A stretch of DNA of 64,000 nucleotides from Candidatus Deferrimicrobiaceae bacterium (GCA_963792415.1 CAWBVY010000004.1:384001-448000); one strand, 5' to 3'; shown: positions 47,136-59,789, numbered from the stretch's first letter. The notes: generated from the sequence alone by a model not told the origin. A program made the numbers and translations.

Positions 47136-50100
47136 GCGCCACGGACCCGCACGCCCATCGCGGCATCGCCGGGCGGATCGCGGCCGCCTTCATCGGGTCC
47201 CGCCTCACGCCCCTGATCATCATCGCCTCGATTCTGCTCGGGGTCGGCGCCGTGCTCCTTCTCCCAAGAGAGGAGGAGCCGCAGATCGTGGTGCCGATGG
47301 TCGACGTCTTCGTGCGGATGCCCGGGGCCTCGGCGACCGAGGTGGAGAACCGGGTCACCCGCCCGATGGAGAAGCTTCTTTGGGAGATCCCGGGGGTGGA
47401 GTACGTATACTCCACGACCTCGCCCGGGCAGTCGATGGCGATCGTCCGGTTCAAGGTGGGCGAGGACGAGGAGAAAAGCATCGTCCGGCTGAACCAGAAG
47501 ATGTCCGCCAACTTCGACATGATCCCGCCCGGCGCGACGCATCCCCTCGTCAAGCCGCGGTCCATCGACGACGTCCCGGTCCTTGCGGTGACGCTCTCCT
47601 CCGCCCGCCACGACCCGTTCTCCCTCCGGCGGATCGCGCAGCAGCTCCACGACCAGGTGAAATCGGTCCCCGACGTCTCGGAGGTGAGGATCATCGGCGG
47701 CCAGCGTCGCCAGGTGCGGGTGCTCCTCGACCCGGCCCGGATGGCGGCGCGCGGCATCGCCCCGGCCGCGCTCGTCGGGACGCTGGGGCAGGCAAACCGC
47801 CAGCTTTCCTCGGGAAGCATCGTCGCCGGGAACCGGGAGATCCTCGTCGAGACGGGCGGGTTCCTGCACACGGCCGAAGACGTGGGCCAGGTGGTGGCGG
47901 GCGTCTCGGGGGGGCGGCCCGTCTATCTTCGGGACGTTGCGCAGATCCTGGACGGACCGGAGGAGGCGGCCGACTACGTCCTCCTCGGGCCGGGGCCGGC
48001 GGCGCGCGCGACCGACCCCGCGTCGCACCCCGCGGTGACCCTTTCCGTCGCGAAGCGGAAGGGGACCAACGCGATCGAGGTGGCCGACAAGGTCCTCACG
48101 AAGATCGAGGCGCTGAAAGGGACCCTCGTCCCGGGCGACGTCACCCTGACCGTCACGCGGAACTACGGCGAGACGGCCGCGGAGAAGTCGAACGAGCTCC
48201 TCCTTCACATGCTGATCGCCGTCATCTCGGTGTCGATCCTCATCTGGATCACCCTCGGGTTCCGGGAGGCGGGGATCGTCGCGACGGCGATTCCCGTGAC
48301 CCTCGCCCTCACGCTCACCGTCTTCTATCTCACCGGGTACACGCTGAACCGGGTGACGCTCTTCGCGCTCATCTTCTCCATCGGGATCCTCGTCGACGAC
48401 GCGATCGTCGTTGTGGAAAACATCGTCCGCCACTATCGGCTTCCGGAGAACCGGGGCCGCTCCGTGACCGACATCGCTGTCGAGGCGGTGGACGAGGTCG
48501 GCAACCCCACGATCCTCGCCACCTTCGCCGTCATCGCCGCGATCCTTCCGATGGCGTTCGTCCGGGGCCTGATGGGCCCGTACATGCGGCCGATCCCGGT
48601 GGGCGCCACGGCGGCGATGCTCTTCTCGCTCCTCGTCGCCTTCGTCGTCACCCCCTGGACCGGGGTCCGGCTGCTCCGGAAGGACGTCGGGGACCAGGAT
48701 CATTCCGCCGAGGGGTGGACCACGCGCCTCTACCGGGAGGCGATGGGGCGGCTCCTTCACCGGCCCGTCTGGCGCTACGGGTTCCTTGCGATGGTCGTCG
48801 TCCTGCTGCTGGGGTCCGCGTCGCTCGTCGCGTTCCGGGTGGTGCAGGTGAAGATGCTCCCGTTCGACAACAAGAGCGAGTTCCAGGTGGTGGTCGACAT
48901 GCCGGAAGGGTCGACCCTCGAGCAGACCGCGGCCGCGACCCGGGAGATCGGCGACGTCGTCGCCGCCGTTCCGGAAGTCCTGAATTACCAGATGTACGTC
49001 GGAACCTCCTCTCCCTACAACTTCAACGGGCTGGTGCGCCACTACTTCCTCAGGCGGGGGGCGAACGTTGCCGACCTCCAGGTGAACCTTGTTTCAAAGG
49101 GGGAGCGGAAGGCCCAGAGCCACGACATCGCGAAGAGGGTCCGGCCGGCGATCCAGGCGGCCGCCGCGCGATACGGCGCGAACGTGAAGGTGTCGGAGGT
49201 CCCCCCGGGGCCGCCGGTCCTCCAGACGCTGGTGGCCGAGGTGTACGGGCCCGACTACCCGGGGCAGATCGAGGTGGCCCGCAGGATCAGGGAGATCCTG
49301 TCGAAGACCGAGGGGGTGGTCGACGTCGACTGGTACGTGGAGGACGATCAGCTCCGGTTCCGCTTCGAGGTCGATCAGGCCAAGGCGGCGATGAACGGCG
49401 TTTCCACGGAACAGGTCGCCGAAACCGTCCGTCTCGCCGTGGACGGGACGACCGCGGGGCTGCTCCACCGGGCCGGGGAGAAGGAAGACGTGCCGATCGT
49501 CCTGCGCCTCCCGCTGGCGGAACGCTCGAAGCTGGACCGGCTGAAAGCGGTCCGGGTGATGGGCCGCCAGGGGAACCTCGTCCCCCTCGGCGAGCTGGTG
49601 CGGGTGAAGGAGGAGATCGCCGAGAAGAGCATCTACCACAAGAACCTGATGCCCGTGGTCTATGTGACCGCCGACGTCGCCGGGAAGGTGGAGAGCCCCG
49701 TGTACGCAATCCTTTCGATCGACAAGGAACTCGACAAGCTGACGCTCCCCGGCGGGTACAAGCTCGAGCGGTACGTCGCGTCCCAGCCTGGGAGCGATCG
49801 GAAGATCGCGATGAAGTGGGACGGGGAGTGGCACATCACCTACGAGGTGTTCCGCGACCTCGGCCTCGCATTCGCCGCGGTGCTCGTGCTGATCTACATC
49901 CTGGTGGTCGGGTGGTTCCAGTCGTTCCGGACGCCGATCACGATCATGGCGGCGATCCCCTTCTCCCTCGTGGGAATCCTCCCGGCCCACGCGCTGATGG
50001 GGGCCTTCTTCACCGCCACCTCGATGATCGGTTTCATCGCGGGGGCCGGGATCGTGGTGCGCAACTCCATCATCCTCGTGGATTTCGTGGAGCTGCGCCT

Positions 50101-50344
50101 CGCGCAGGGGATGCCGCTGGACCAGGCCGTCATCGACGCGGGTGCGGTCCGGTTCCGCCCCATGATGCTGACCGCGATGGCGGTGATCGTCGGCGCCTCG
50201 GTGATCCTGTTCGACCCGATCTTCCAGGGATTGGCGATCTCCCTGATGGCGGGGGAGGTGGCGTCGCTCCTCCTGTCGCGGATGACGGTCCCGATCCTCT
50301 TCTTCATGAGCGAGAGCCGACGGCCCGGGAGAGGGAAGGCCTAG
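47132..50344 (+). CDS. RND efflux permease (AcrB/CzcA family)
   Basis: [37 protein letters not shown]; 1070 aa. Confidence 0.93.
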   Translation: MSATDPHAHRGIAGRIAAAFIGSRLTPLIIIASILLGVGAVLLLPREEEPQIVVPMVDVFVRMPGASATEVENRVTRPMEKLLWEIPGVEYVYSTTSPGQSMAIVRFKVGEDEEKSIVRLNQKMSANFDMIPPGATHPLVKPRSIDDVPVLAVTLSSARHDPFSLRRIAQQLHDQVKSVPDVSEVRIIGGQRRQVRVLLDPARMAARGIAPAALVGTLGQANRQLSSGSIVAGNREILVETGGFLHTAEDVGQVVAGVSGGRPVYLRDVAQILDGPEEAADYVLLGPGPAARATDPASHPAVTLSVAKRKGTNAIEVADKVLTKIEALKGTLVPGDVTLTVTRNYGETAAEKSNELLLHMLIAVISVSILIWITLGFREAGIVATAIPVTLALTLTVFYLTGYTLNRVTLFALIFSIGILVDDAIVVVENIVRHYRLPENRGRSVTDIAVEAVDEVGNPTILATFAVIAAILPMAFVRGLMGPYMRPIPVGATAAMLFSLLVAFVVTPWTGVRLLRKDVGDQDHSAEGWTTRLYREAMGRLLHRPVWRYGFLAMVVVLLLGSASLVAFRVVQVKMLPFDNKSEFQVVVDMPEGSTLEQTAAATREIGDVVAAVPEVLNYQMYVGTSSPYNFNGLVRHYFLRRGANVADLQVNLVSKGERKAQSHDIAKRVRPAIQAAAARYGANVKVSEVPPGPPVLQTLVAEVYGPDYPGQIEVARRIREILSKTEGVVDVDWYVEDDQLRFRFEVDQAKAAMNGVSTEQVAETVRLAVDGTTAGLLHRAGEKEDVPIVLRLPLAERSKLDRLKAVRVMGRQGNLVPLGELVRVKEEIAEKSIYHKNLMPVVYVTADVAGKVESPVYAILSIDKELDKLTLPGGYKLERYVASQPGSDRKIAMKWDGEWHITYEVFRDLGLAFAAVLVLIYILVVGWFQSFRTPITIMAAIPFSLVGILPAHALMGAFFTATSMIGFIAGAGIVVRNSIILVDFVELRLAQGMPLDQAVIDAGAVRFRPMMLTAMAVIVGASVILFDPIFQGLAISLMAGEVASLLLSRMTVPILFFMSESRRPGRGKA

Positions 50345-50469
50345 TGCCGAGGCGGCCGAGGAAGGCCACGGATTCGTATGCCTCGGCCGGAAGCACGGCC
50401 ACGTGGCGCGCTTCCCGGAAGGGTCGGCCGGATGGCGCCGGTCAGCGGGACGCTGCGGGTTTCAAGGCC

Positions 50470-51237
50470 TTATTTCGCGGCGGGAGCGGGCGATGGCGTC
50501 GGGGCCGGAGCGGGGGGGAGCTTCTTCAGTTGCTCGAGTTGGGTCGTGGCGGTTTTGAGCGACTTGGCCGCCTCCACGTTGGCCGGGTCGTAGGCGAGGA
50601 TCGTCTTCCAATCGGCGATCGCCGCCGAAACCTCCCCCCGGCGGTACTCCGTCAACGCCTTCTCCGTCAGCGCCGTGGTGAGGTTGTCGACCTTCGCCCG
50701 CACCTCGCTCCGCGTGAAGGGGTAGCCCCGCGGGTTCGCCGCGGGGTGGCCGATGAACCGCAGCGTCCCCATCCATCGCTTCCCCGCGTCTTCCCATTTC
50801 CCCTGCGCGTACGCAGCGTCCCCGTTCTTCTTGAGGGCGAGCACCGCGCCGTCGAACTCCCGGGCGACTCCCGCGTGGCCCGGCTGCTCCTGCCAGGCGG
50901 CGGAGAAGAGCTCGAGAGCCCGCTCGTTCCTGCCTTCCTGGAGTACCGTCATCCCCTCGGCGAACATCTTGTCGGCCACGGAGATCGCGGGCGCCTTCAC
51001 CGCGGGCACGGGGGGCGGTGTCGCGGGCGGCTTCACCGCGGGCGCGGGGGGCGGTACCGCTGGCGGCGCCGCTGGCGGCACCGCTGGCGGCATCGCGGCG
51101 GGCCCGGTGGGCGCGCCGGAGGGCGGCACCGGGGACGGAGCCGTGCGGATGGTTTGTGAAAGTTCCGCGCACCCGGAGAAAGCGGTTGCGAGGAGGGCCG
51201 ACAGGAGAAGGATCGACGGAAGGGTCCTTCGTCTCAA
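50470..51237 (-). CDS. TPR-like lipoprotein with Pro/Ala-rich linker
   Basis: TTG start overlapping the upstream TGA; FSGC lipobox; helical repeats (AIADWKTILAYDPAN). Confidence 0.65.
   Translation of the reverse strand: MRRRTLPSILLLSALLATAFSGCAELSQTIRTAPSPVPPSGAPTGPAAMPPAVPPAAPPAVPPPAPAVKPPATPPPVPAVKAPAISVADKMFAEGMTVLQEGRNERALELFSAAWQEQPGHAGVAREFDGAVLALKKNGDAAYAQGKWEDAGKRWMGTLRFIGHPAANPRGYPFTRSEVRAKVDNLTTALTEKALTEYRRGEVSAAIADWKTILAYDPANVEAAKSLKTATTQLEQLKKLPPAPAPTPSPAPAAK
50985..51092. repeat. Coding tandem repeats (2x36 bp, 3x12 bp) in the lipoprotein linker
   Basis: TCGCGGGCG.CTTCACCGCGGGC.CGGGGGGCGGT x2 followed by CCGCTGGCGGCR x3. Confidence 0.75.
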
Positions 51238-52658
51238 AGCGCCATGCTCTTCAGCGTGGTTTCGTCCATCGGCGGCATCTCCCGCACCATCCTCGCGAAG
51301 GTGTCCGCTAGTTCCGGGGAGAATTGCGTCCCGCGGAACTGCAGGATCTCTTCGATCGCCTCTTCGGACGAAAGCGCCTCCCGGTACGGGCGGTCGGTGG
51401 TCATCGCGTCGAAGGCGTCGGCCAGCGCGATGATCTGGGCGTGGCGTGGGATCTCGTCCCCCTTGATCCCGTCCGGGTACCCCGCTCCGTTGTACCACTC
51501 GTGGTGGGCGCGCACAACGGGGATGTACTGTTCGAGTAGCGGCGCGCTCCGGAGGAGAGCCGTGCCGTCGACAAGATGGGTTTTCATCTGCTCTTCCTCT
51601 GAGGGCGACAGAGGCTCCCCCTTGCGGAGGACGTCCTGGGGGGTCTGGATCTTCCCGAGGTCGTGGAAGATCGCCGCCAGTTCCAGGTTGGAAAGCTCCT
51701 CTTCACCCATCCCGAGGCGGCGCCCCAACATGCACGACATCCGCGCCACGCGGGTGGAGTGCCCAATCGTGTACGGGTCCGGGTCCCTCGCATCCAGCAA
51801 ATCGGCGAAGATGTGCATCATGCTGACGTACGCATCCTCCAGTTGACGCGCCCTCTTTTCCAGGGTGGTCTTCTGGGCGAGGATCGTCTCCGCCATCCGG
51901 TTGAAGTTCCGCGTGAGAGCGCCCAGTTCGTCGGAGGTGCGCGCCGGGACGGGCTGGAACGTATCGCTGCCCGCGAGGGAGAGAACCCCCCGGTGGAGCC
52001 GCTTCACCGGGGTGGTGATGAGCGACGAGAGCAGCAGCGTCCCGAAGAAGGCGATCACCAGGATGCCCCCCGCTACCTTGTAGATCCGCTGCCGGATCGA
52101 CCGCTGCGCGGTCGCAAGACCTTGCATGGAGAGGCCGAGGGAGGCGATCCCCACGCGCACGCGCTGTTCCGGCCGCACCGGCGAGTTGTAGATCGGGGTG
52201 GTGTATTCGAAGAGGCGTTGTCCGTCGCGCACCACCTCGTCCGCCCGCGTGTCGCCGAACGTTGCCAGCGGAAGCAGGGGCGGAACGGAACGGTACGGCT
52301 TTCCCCTCTCCGTCAAGATGTTGTGGGCCACCACGTTGTCGGAGGCGTCCCGGATGGCGACGAAGGCGATGTCGGGATCGCCCGCCTTGGTTTTCGAGAC
52401 CAGCGTGTCCAGTCCCAGCGGATCGTTCGCCAGGAGGGAATATCCCGCGGAGAGCGCCACCACGCGGGAGATCGCGGCGCCCCGCTGGAGCAGGTCGTTG
52501 TGCAGGGTGTCCTTCGTCACCTCCGTGACCACCAAGGTCATGGAGGTGATCAGGAGGAAGACGAGGGGGAGCAGGAACCCGAACAGCTTCAGGCGGATCC
52601 CGACCCCGACCCGACGTTCGATGCCCCCCGGTTCGGTCTGTGGTTCCTTGGCACGCAT
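51234..52658 (-). CDS. Membrane sensor-HAMP-HD-GYP phosphodiesterase
   Basis: Two TMs, periplasmic domain, DELGALTRNFNRM HAMP, FHDLGK, HHEWYNGAGYP. Start set at 52658 because TATAAT lies too close to ATG 52667. Confidence 0.85.
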   Translation of the reverse strand: MRAKEPQTEPGGIERRVGVGIRLKLFGFLLPLVFLLITSMTLVVTEVTKDTLHNDLLQRGAAISRVVALSAGYSLLANDPLGLDTLVSKTKAGDPDIAFVAIRDASDNVVAHNILTERGKPYRSVPPLLPLATFGDTRADEVVRDGQRLFEYTTPIYNSPVRPEQRVRVGIASLGLSMQGLATAQRSIRQRIYKVAGGILVIAFFGTLLLSSLITTPVKRLHRGVLSLAGSDTFQPVPARTSDELGALTRNFNRMAETILAQKTTLEKRARQLEDAYVSMMHIFADLLDARDPDPYTIGHSTRVARMSCMLGRRLGMGEEELSNLELAAIFHDLGKIQTPQDVLRKGEPLSPSEEEQMKTHLVDGTALLRSAPLLEQYIPVVRAHHEWYNGAGYPDGIKGDEIPRHAQIIALADAFDAMTTDRPYREALSSEEAIEEILQFRGTQFSPELADTFARMVREMPPMDETTLKSMAL

Positions 52659-52772
52659 GGCAATCATGTATTATACGAGATAGGGCCCGGTTCGTGGGTT
52701 CCACGCTGGCGTGATTGAATAAAAAGGATCGCGGGGCGGTCTTATCTGCGACGACGGGAACGGAGGTGGCGT

Positions 52773-53309
52773 ATGACGATTTCCGGATCGGTCTTCCGGT
52801 GCCTGCTGGCGGGGGCGGCGTTTGCCGCCGCGATCGGATTTTCGGGGCCCTCGCGGGCGGAAGTGAACGTCAACATCAACCTGGGTCCCCCGCCGATCGT
52901 GGTCTCCGCTCCGCCGGCGGTCGTGATGATTCCGCAGACCCAGGTCTACTTCGTCCCGGACCCCCACATCGACGTATTCTTCTACGGGGGGTACTGGTGG
53001 TCGCCGCGCGGCGCGCAGTGGTACCGGGCGAAGGCATATAACGGGCCTTGGGGGGTGATCGAACAGCGCCGGGTGCCCAAGGCGGTGATGTATGTGCCGC
53101 CGGACTACAGGGGAAGGTATGAGCGGGAGCAGCACGTCCCGTACGGCCAATGGAAGAAGGATCACTCCAGTTGGGACAAGCAGAACAAGAAGTCGCACAA
53201 GAAATGGGAGAAGGAGCGCGAGAAGGAGTGGAAGGAGAGCCAAAAGGGTCACGGGAAGGGCAACAAGCACGGCGATCAGGGGGGTGACGGCGGAAAGCAC
53301 GGCCGGTAG
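52773..53309 (+). CDS. Secreted hypothetical protein (Pro/aromatic-rich, charged tail)
   Basis: GGAGG RBS, signal peptide ending SRA-EVNVNINLGPPP, FFYGGYWW...WY...YNGPW. Confidence 0.75.
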   Translation: MTISGSVFRCLLAGAAFAAAIGFSGPSRAEVNVNINLGPPPIVVSAPPAVVMIPQTQVYFVPDPHIDVFFYGGYWWSPRGAQWYRAKAYNGPWGVIEQRRVPKAVMYVPPDYRGRYEREQHVPYGQWKKDHSSWDKQNKKSHKKWEKEREKEWKESQKGHGKGNKHGDQGGDGGKHGR

Positions 53310-53313
53310 CGGT

Positions 53314-54468
53314 TCAGGCCAGCCGCTGAAGCACCTCGCTCGATACGAACCAGTACCTCTCCGGGAGCCTCAGGCGATCCCCCTCCCGTAGCAGCAAGCC
53401 GGATCCGATCAGGTTTTCAATGGCCTCCCGCGCCTCGTCGGGCGGGGGGCCGTTCCTTTTTTCGATGGAGGGCGGGGACACCCCTTCCGACATCCGCAGT
53501 CCGAAGATGAGCGACTCCTTCCACGCGTCGTTCCGGCCGCACGCGCGGGTCGATTCCCACGGCGGGCGTCCTTCGCCCAGTGCCCGGCCATAGTCGGGCA
53601 GGGAAGGCGGGTTCGCCGTCCGCAGACCGAACGGGGCGGACCCCCCGGGGAACAGCAGACCGTGGGCCGATGGGCCGAGCCCGAGATATCCGTCCCTGCG
53701 CCAATATTTCAGGTTGTGGCGGCACTCCTTCCCCGGACGGGCGAAGTTGGAGATCTCGTAGTGGCGGTACCCGGCGGCTCTCAAGGTCTCCCGCGCCGCC
53801 GTGTACATCCGTGCGACGGTGTCGTCGTCGGGCAGGGCGATGTCGCCGCCCCTGACCGCCGCGTGGAGCGGCGTTCCGGGTTCCGGCGTCAACGCGTAGG
53901 CCGACACGTGGTCCGGCAGGAACGTCACGGCGAGATCGAGGTCCTGTTGCCATTCCGCCTCGCCCTGGGCGGGGTTTCCGAAGATGAGGTCGATCCCGAC
54001 GGAGGAGAACCCCTCCCTTCGGGCGTCCCGGTACGCCGCGCGGACGTCCTCCACGGAGTGGATCCTCCCGAGAGCGGCGAGGGTTTCCGGCCGGAACGAC
54101 TGGACCCCGAGGCTCACCCGGTTGAAGCCGCCCTCCCGGAGCCGGGCGAAATCGTCGCCGGTCACCGTTCCCGGGTTTGCCTCCGTCGTGATCTCGGCGT
54201 CCTCCGCCACGGGAAAGCGCGACCGGATCGAGGCGAGGATCCGGTTGAGCCGGACCGGCCCGAGGACCGTCGGCGTCCCGCCGCCGAAGTACACGGTGTC
54301 CGCAGGGACGCTCGCTTCGCCGGGAAACTCCCGCAGGAGGAGGTCGATCTCCCGCTCCACGAGCGCGGGGAACCCGTCGCGCGCCTCTTCCCCGCCCGCG
54401 ACGGAGTAGAAGTCGCAATACCCGCACTTGCGGACGCAGAACGGAACGTGAACGTAGATCCCCCGCAT
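53314..54468 (-). CDS. hemW: Radical SAM heme chaperone HemW (HemN-like)
   Basis: YVHVPFCVRKCGYCDF, GGGTPT, YEISNF, HNLKYW, YLGLGPSAH. Confidence 0.9.
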   Translation of the reverse strand: MRGIYVHVPFCVRKCGYCDFYSVAGGEEARDGFPALVEREIDLLLREFPGEASVPADTVYFGGGTPTVLGPVRLNRILASIRSRFPVAEDAEITTEANPGTVTGDDFARLREGGFNRVSLGVQSFRPETLAALGRIHSVEDVRAAYRDARREGFSSVGIDLIFGNPAQGEAEWQQDLDLAVTFLPDHVSAYALTPEPGTPLHAAVRGGDIALPDDDTVARMYTAARETLRAAGYRHYEISNFARPGKECRHNLKYWRRDGYLGLGPSAHGLLFPGGSAPFGLRTANPPSLPDYGRALGEGRPPWESTRACGRNDAWKESLIFGLRMSEGVSPPSIEKRNGPPPDEAREAIENLIGSGLLLREGDRLRLPERYWFVSSEVLQRLA

Positions 54469-54487
54469 GGACCCATTCTCCCACGTC

Positions 54488-54519
54488 TTGACACGCCCCC
54501 CGAAGTGAATCATCATTCA
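54488..54519 (+). promoter_or_regulatory. fad operon promoter with overlapping palindromic operator
   Basis: TTGACA (54488), 17 bp, CATCAT; palindrome TGAAT-CATC-ATTCA at 54506-54519. Confidence 0.6.
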
Positions 54520-54564
54520 GTTTCGCGTTCCGTCCGACACCGACCCGACAGGAGGTAGGAACCG

Positions 54565-56970
54565 ATGTTTCCGAAAATCCGCAAGGTGGCCGTGCTCGGG
54601 GCCGGGGTGATGGGTTCCGGCATCGCGGCGCACCTGGCCAACGCCGGGATCTCCTGCCTGATGCTCGACATCGTCCCGCCGACCCTCTCCGACGACGAGA
54701 AGAAGAAGGGGTTGACGGAGAAGAGCCCCGCCTTCCGGAACCGCTTCGCGTTGAAAGGGCTGGAAGGGATCCGGAAGAGCCGTCCGTCCCTGATCTATTC
54801 GCAGAAGGACCTGGCCCGGATCGCGATCGGCAATTTCGACGACGATTTCGCGAAAATCGCGGAGTGCGACTGGATCGTCGAGGTGGTGATCGAGAATCTG
54901 GAGATCAAGCGGGCGCTCTACGCGAGGATCGAGGCGCTCTGGAAGCCGGGGGTCGTCGTCTCCTCCAACACCTCGGGGATCTCGATCGCGCAGATGATGG
55001 AAGGGCGCGGAAAGGAGTTCCGCCGCCACTTCCTGGTCACCCACTTCTTCAACCCCGTCCGGTACATGAAGCTGCTCGAGATGGTCGCGGGGGAAGACAC
55101 CGACCCCGCGATCTTCGCGGAGATGGCCGCCTTCGGCGAACGGGTCCTCGGGAAGGGGATCGTCTACGGGAAGGACACGCCGAATTTCGTCGGGAACCGG
55201 GTCGGCGTCTTCGCGATGATGCACGCGATGCACGCGATGATCGAGGACGGGCTGACCATCGAGGAGGTGGACAAGGTCCTCGGGCCGGCGATGGGGCGCC
55301 CCAAATCGGCCGCTTTCGGCACCGCCGACCTCGTTGGCCTCGACACGCTCCTCCACGTCTCCGACAACGTCTATGCGAATCTCACGGGCGATCCCGACCG
55401 GGATCGGTTCCTTCCGCCCCCCTTCGTGAAGGAGATGGCGAAGCGCGGTCTGCTGGGCCGCAAGACCGGCGCCGGCTTCTTCAAGATGGAAGGGAAGGGA
55501 GACACGAAGCGGAAGTACGTCCTCGACTACAAGGCGCTGGAGTACCGCCCAACGGAGAAGGTCTCCTTCCCGTCCCTCGATGCGGCGAAGGGCGAGGAGG
55601 AGGCGGGGGCGCGGATCGGGAAAGTGATCTCCGGGGACGACAAGGCGGCGAAGTATGCCTGGAAGGTGCTCTCCGACTCGCTGCTCTACTCCGCGAAGCG
55701 GATCCCGGAGATCGCGGACGACGTGGTCAACGTCGACAACGCGATGAAGTGGGGATTCAACTGGACCCTCGGCCCTTTCGAGACGTGGGACGCGATCGGG
55801 TTGTCCGATTCGGTGGGCAGGATGAAGGCCGAGGGAAAGGCGATCCCGGCGAATGTCGAGACGATGCTCGCCTCGGGGGCGTCCTCCTTCTATCGACGCC
55901 GGGACGGTGCGCTCGAGTTCTTCGATTTCGCCTCCGGCGGGTACCTCCCGGTTCCCGTCTCGCCCGATATCATTTCCCTCCCGTCCCTTGCGGAGCGTAA
56001 GAAGGTGATTCGGCGAAACGCGGGGGCGTCGCTCTACGACATCGGCGACGGCGTGCTGTGCGTGGAGTTCCACACGAAGATGAACGCCATCGACGCCGAC
56101 ATCGGCGCCATGCTGATGGAGGGCGTCGATCTCGCCGAGAAGGAGTTCGCGGGGCTCGTCATCGCCAATCACGCGGAGCACTTCTGCGTCGGGGCGAACC
56201 TGATGCTCGTCTTCCTCGAGGCCCAGAACAAGCAGTTCGACAAGATCGATGCGATGGTCAAGGGGTTCCAGGACGCGTGCATGCGGCTGCGGTACTCCGA
56301 GCGGCCGGTCGTCGCGGCTCCCGCGGGGATGGCGCTTGGCGGCGGCGCCGAGATGTGCCTCGCTGCGGACCGGATCCGCGCGTCGGCCGAGACGTACATG
56401 GGGCTGGTCGAGGTGGGCGTCGGGCTGCTGCCCGCCGGCGGAGGGCTGAAGGAGATGGCGATTCGCCACCTCGAAGGGATCCCGGACGGGGTCGCCGCGG
56501 ACCCGCTCCCGTTCCTGCGCAAGGCGTTCGAAACGGTCGGCATGGCGAAAGTCTCCACGTCGGCGAAGGAGGCCCGCGAGCTCGGCTTCCTGCGGTCCAC
56601 GGACCGGATCACCCTCCAGCGCGACTTCCTGATCCAGGATGCGAAGAACACCGTGCTCGCGATGAACAGGGAAGGGTACGTGATGCCGGAGGCGCGCACC
56701 GTCGCCCTGCCCGGGCGGTCGGCCTTTCCGACGTTCGCCTACGGGCTCTACACGATGAAGGCGGCGGGGCAGATCAGCGAGCACGACGAGAAGATCGGCC
56801 GGATGATCGCCTCCGTGCTGACGGGCGGGGACGTTCCCCCGGGGACGAGACGGACCGAACAGGAGTTGCTCGACCTGGAGCGCGAGGCGTTCCTCTCCCT
56901 CTGCGGCGAGGAGAAGACCCAGGCGCGCATCCAGTTCATGCTGATGAAGGGGAAGCCGCTCCGGAACTGA
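54565..56970 (+). CDS. fadN: 3-hydroxyacyl-CoA dehydrogenase / enoyl-CoA hydratase (FadN type)
   Basis: GAGVMG, SNTSG, HFFNPVRYMKLLE, C-terminal crotonase (FCVGANL, LGGGAE). Confidence 0.9.
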   Translation: MFPKIRKVAVLGAGVMGSGIAAHLANAGISCLMLDIVPPTLSDDEKKKGLTEKSPAFRNRFALKGLEGIRKSRPSLIYSQKDLARIAIGNFDDDFAKIAECDWIVEVVIENLEIKRALYARIEALWKPGVVVSSNTSGISIAQMMEGRGKEFRRHFLVTHFFNPVRYMKLLEMVAGEDTDPAIFAEMAAFGERVLGKGIVYGKDTPNFVGNRVGVFAMMHAMHAMIEDGLTIEEVDKVLGPAMGRPKSAAFGTADLVGLDTLLHVSDNVYANLTGDPDRDRFLPPPFVKEMAKRGLLGRKTGAGFFKMEGKGDTKRKYVLDYKALEYRPTEKVSFPSLDAAKGEEEAGARIGKVISGDDKAAKYAWKVLSDSLLYSAKRIPEIADDVVNVDNAMKWGFNWTLGPFETWDAIGLSDSVGRMKAEGKAIPANVETMLASGASSFYRRRDGALEFFDFASGGYLPVPVSPDIISLPSLAERKKVIRRNAGASLYDIGDGVLCVEFHTKMNAIDADIGAMLMEGVDLAEKEFAGLVIANHAEHFCVGANLMLVFLEAQNKQFDKIDAMVKGFQDACMRLRYSERPVVAAPAGMALGGGAEMCLAADRIRASAETYMGLVEVGVGLLPAGGGLKEMAIRHLEGIPDGVAADPLPFLRKAFETVGMAKVSTSAKEARELGFLRSTDRITLQRDFLIQDAKNTVLAMNREGYVMPEARTVALPGRSAFPTFAYGLYTMKAAGQISEHDEKIGRMIASVLTGGDVPPGTRRTEQELLDLEREAFLSLCGEEKTQARIQFMLMKGKPLRN

Positions 56971-56989
56971 GAGCCTGCCGCGAAGGGCG

Positions 56990-57108
56990 CAGCGGGGGGT
57001 TCCGCGACGCGGCGTATGGAGCGAGGCAGGGATTGCGTCGAGCGGAATCGCAGTGAGCGGTCGAAGGTCGCGAGCGTAGCGGAGTGGAAGCCCCCCGCGA
57101 GCCCGCAG
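56990..57108 (+). repeat. ~120-bp MITE-like structured repeat family A, copy 2
   Basis: Direct repeat of 38550-38669; GCGGGGGGTTCC...GGAAGCCCCCCGC termini. Confidence 0.85.
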
Positions 57109-57145
57109 CGACCGACTCGGGAGAGCACGAGAGGGGGATACGACG

Positions 57146-58324
57146 ATGGCGAAGGCATATATCATCGCGTCGGTGCGCACGGCGGTGGGCAGGGCGTACC
57201 GGGGAAGCCTGAAGGACACCCGCCCGGACGACCTCGGCGCCGCGGCGATCCGCGGGGCGCTGGACCGCGTGCCGAACCTCGACCCGGCGCGGATCGACGA
57301 CGTGATCCTCGGCTGCGCGATGCCCGAGGCGGAGCAGGGGATGAACGTCGCCCGCATCAGCGCCCTGAAGGCGGGGGTGCCCGACAGCGTCCCCGCGATG
57401 ACGATCAACCGGTTCTGCTCCTCGGGGCTGCAGGCGATCGCGATGGCGGCGGAGCGGATCCTCGCGGGGTTCGCCGACGTGGTCGTGGCCGGCGGCACCG
57501 AGTCGATGACGATGGTCCCCATGGGCGGCAACAAGCCTTCCTTCAACCCGGACCTGATCGAAAACCGCCCCGAGGTCTACCTGCCGATGGGGCTGACGGC
57601 CGAGGAGGTCGCCCGCCGGTACAAGGTGACGCGGGAGGACCAGGACCAGTTCGCCTACCATAGCCACCGCAAGGCGCTCGCGGCGATCGGGGACGGCAAG
57701 TTCCGGGAGGAGATCGTCCCGGTTACCACGGTGCTGTTCCAGCAGAAGGAGGACGGCTCGCTCCTCCGCAAGGAGATCGTCTACGACACCGACGACGGCC
57801 CGCGGGCCGACACGACGGTCGAGGCGCTGTCGAAGCTCAAGCCCGCCTTCGACGCGAGGGGGACGGTGACGGCGGGGAACTCCTCCCAGATGAGCGACGG
57901 CGCAGCCGTCGCGATCGTCGTCTCGGAAAGGGTCCTGAAGGAGCTCGGCGTGGAGCCGATGGCGCGCTTCCTCGGGTTCGCCGTCGCCGGCGTGGCCCCC
58001 GAGGTGATGGGGATCGGCCCGATCGCGGCGATCCCGAAACTGATGAGGCGGCTGCGGATGAAGCTCAACCGCGTCGACATCGTGGAACTGAACGAGGCGT
58101 TCGCCGCGCAGTCCCTCCCTGTGATCCGGGAACTGTCGCTGGACCCCGACAAGGTGAACCTGAACGGCGGCGCGATCGCCCTCGGCCACCCCCTCGGATG
58201 CACCGGGGCCAAGCTCACCGCCACGCTCCTCCACGAGATGAAGCGCCGCAACGCGGCCCTGGGCCTCGTCTCGATGTGCATCGGCGGCGGGATGGGCGCC
58301 GCGGGGCTGTTCGAGCGCGCGTAA
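57146..58324 (+). CDS. fadA: Acetyl-CoA C-acyltransferase (thiolase)
   Basis: NRFCSSG, NEAFA, GHPLG, CIGGGMG. Confidence 0.93.
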   Translation: MAKAYIIASVRTAVGRAYRGSLKDTRPDDLGAAAIRGALDRVPNLDPARIDDVILGCAMPEAEQGMNVARISALKAGVPDSVPAMTINRFCSSGLQAIAMAAERILAGFADVVVAGGTESMTMVPMGGNKPSFNPDLIENRPEVYLPMGLTAEEVARRYKVTREDQDQFAYHSHRKALAAIGDGKFREEIVPVTTVLFQQKEDGSLLRKEIVYDTDDGPRADTTVEALSKLKPAFDARGTVTAGNSSQMSDGAAVAIVVSERVLKELGVEPMARFLGFAVAGVAPEVMGIGPIAAIPKLMRRLRMKLNRVDIVELNEAFAAQSLPVIRELSLDPDKVNLNGGAIALGHPLGCTGAKLTATLLHEMKRRNAALGLVSMCIGGGMGAAGLFERA

Positions 58325-58349
58325 CCCGGCAGCGCCGGGGAAAAACCGG

Positions 58350-59737
<1,388 letters not shown>

Positions 59738-59789
59738 GAGTCCTCCGTCCGGGGGGTCCGCCCTCCGGGCGTTATTTCCGCTTTCATAC

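Noticed and set aside
47017-57546. Long alternative ORFs (47017-51159 +, 54517-57546 -, and similar ones elsewhere)
   Set aside because: Arg/Gly/Pro-rich frame or antisense shadows of well-supported genes, expected at this GC content.
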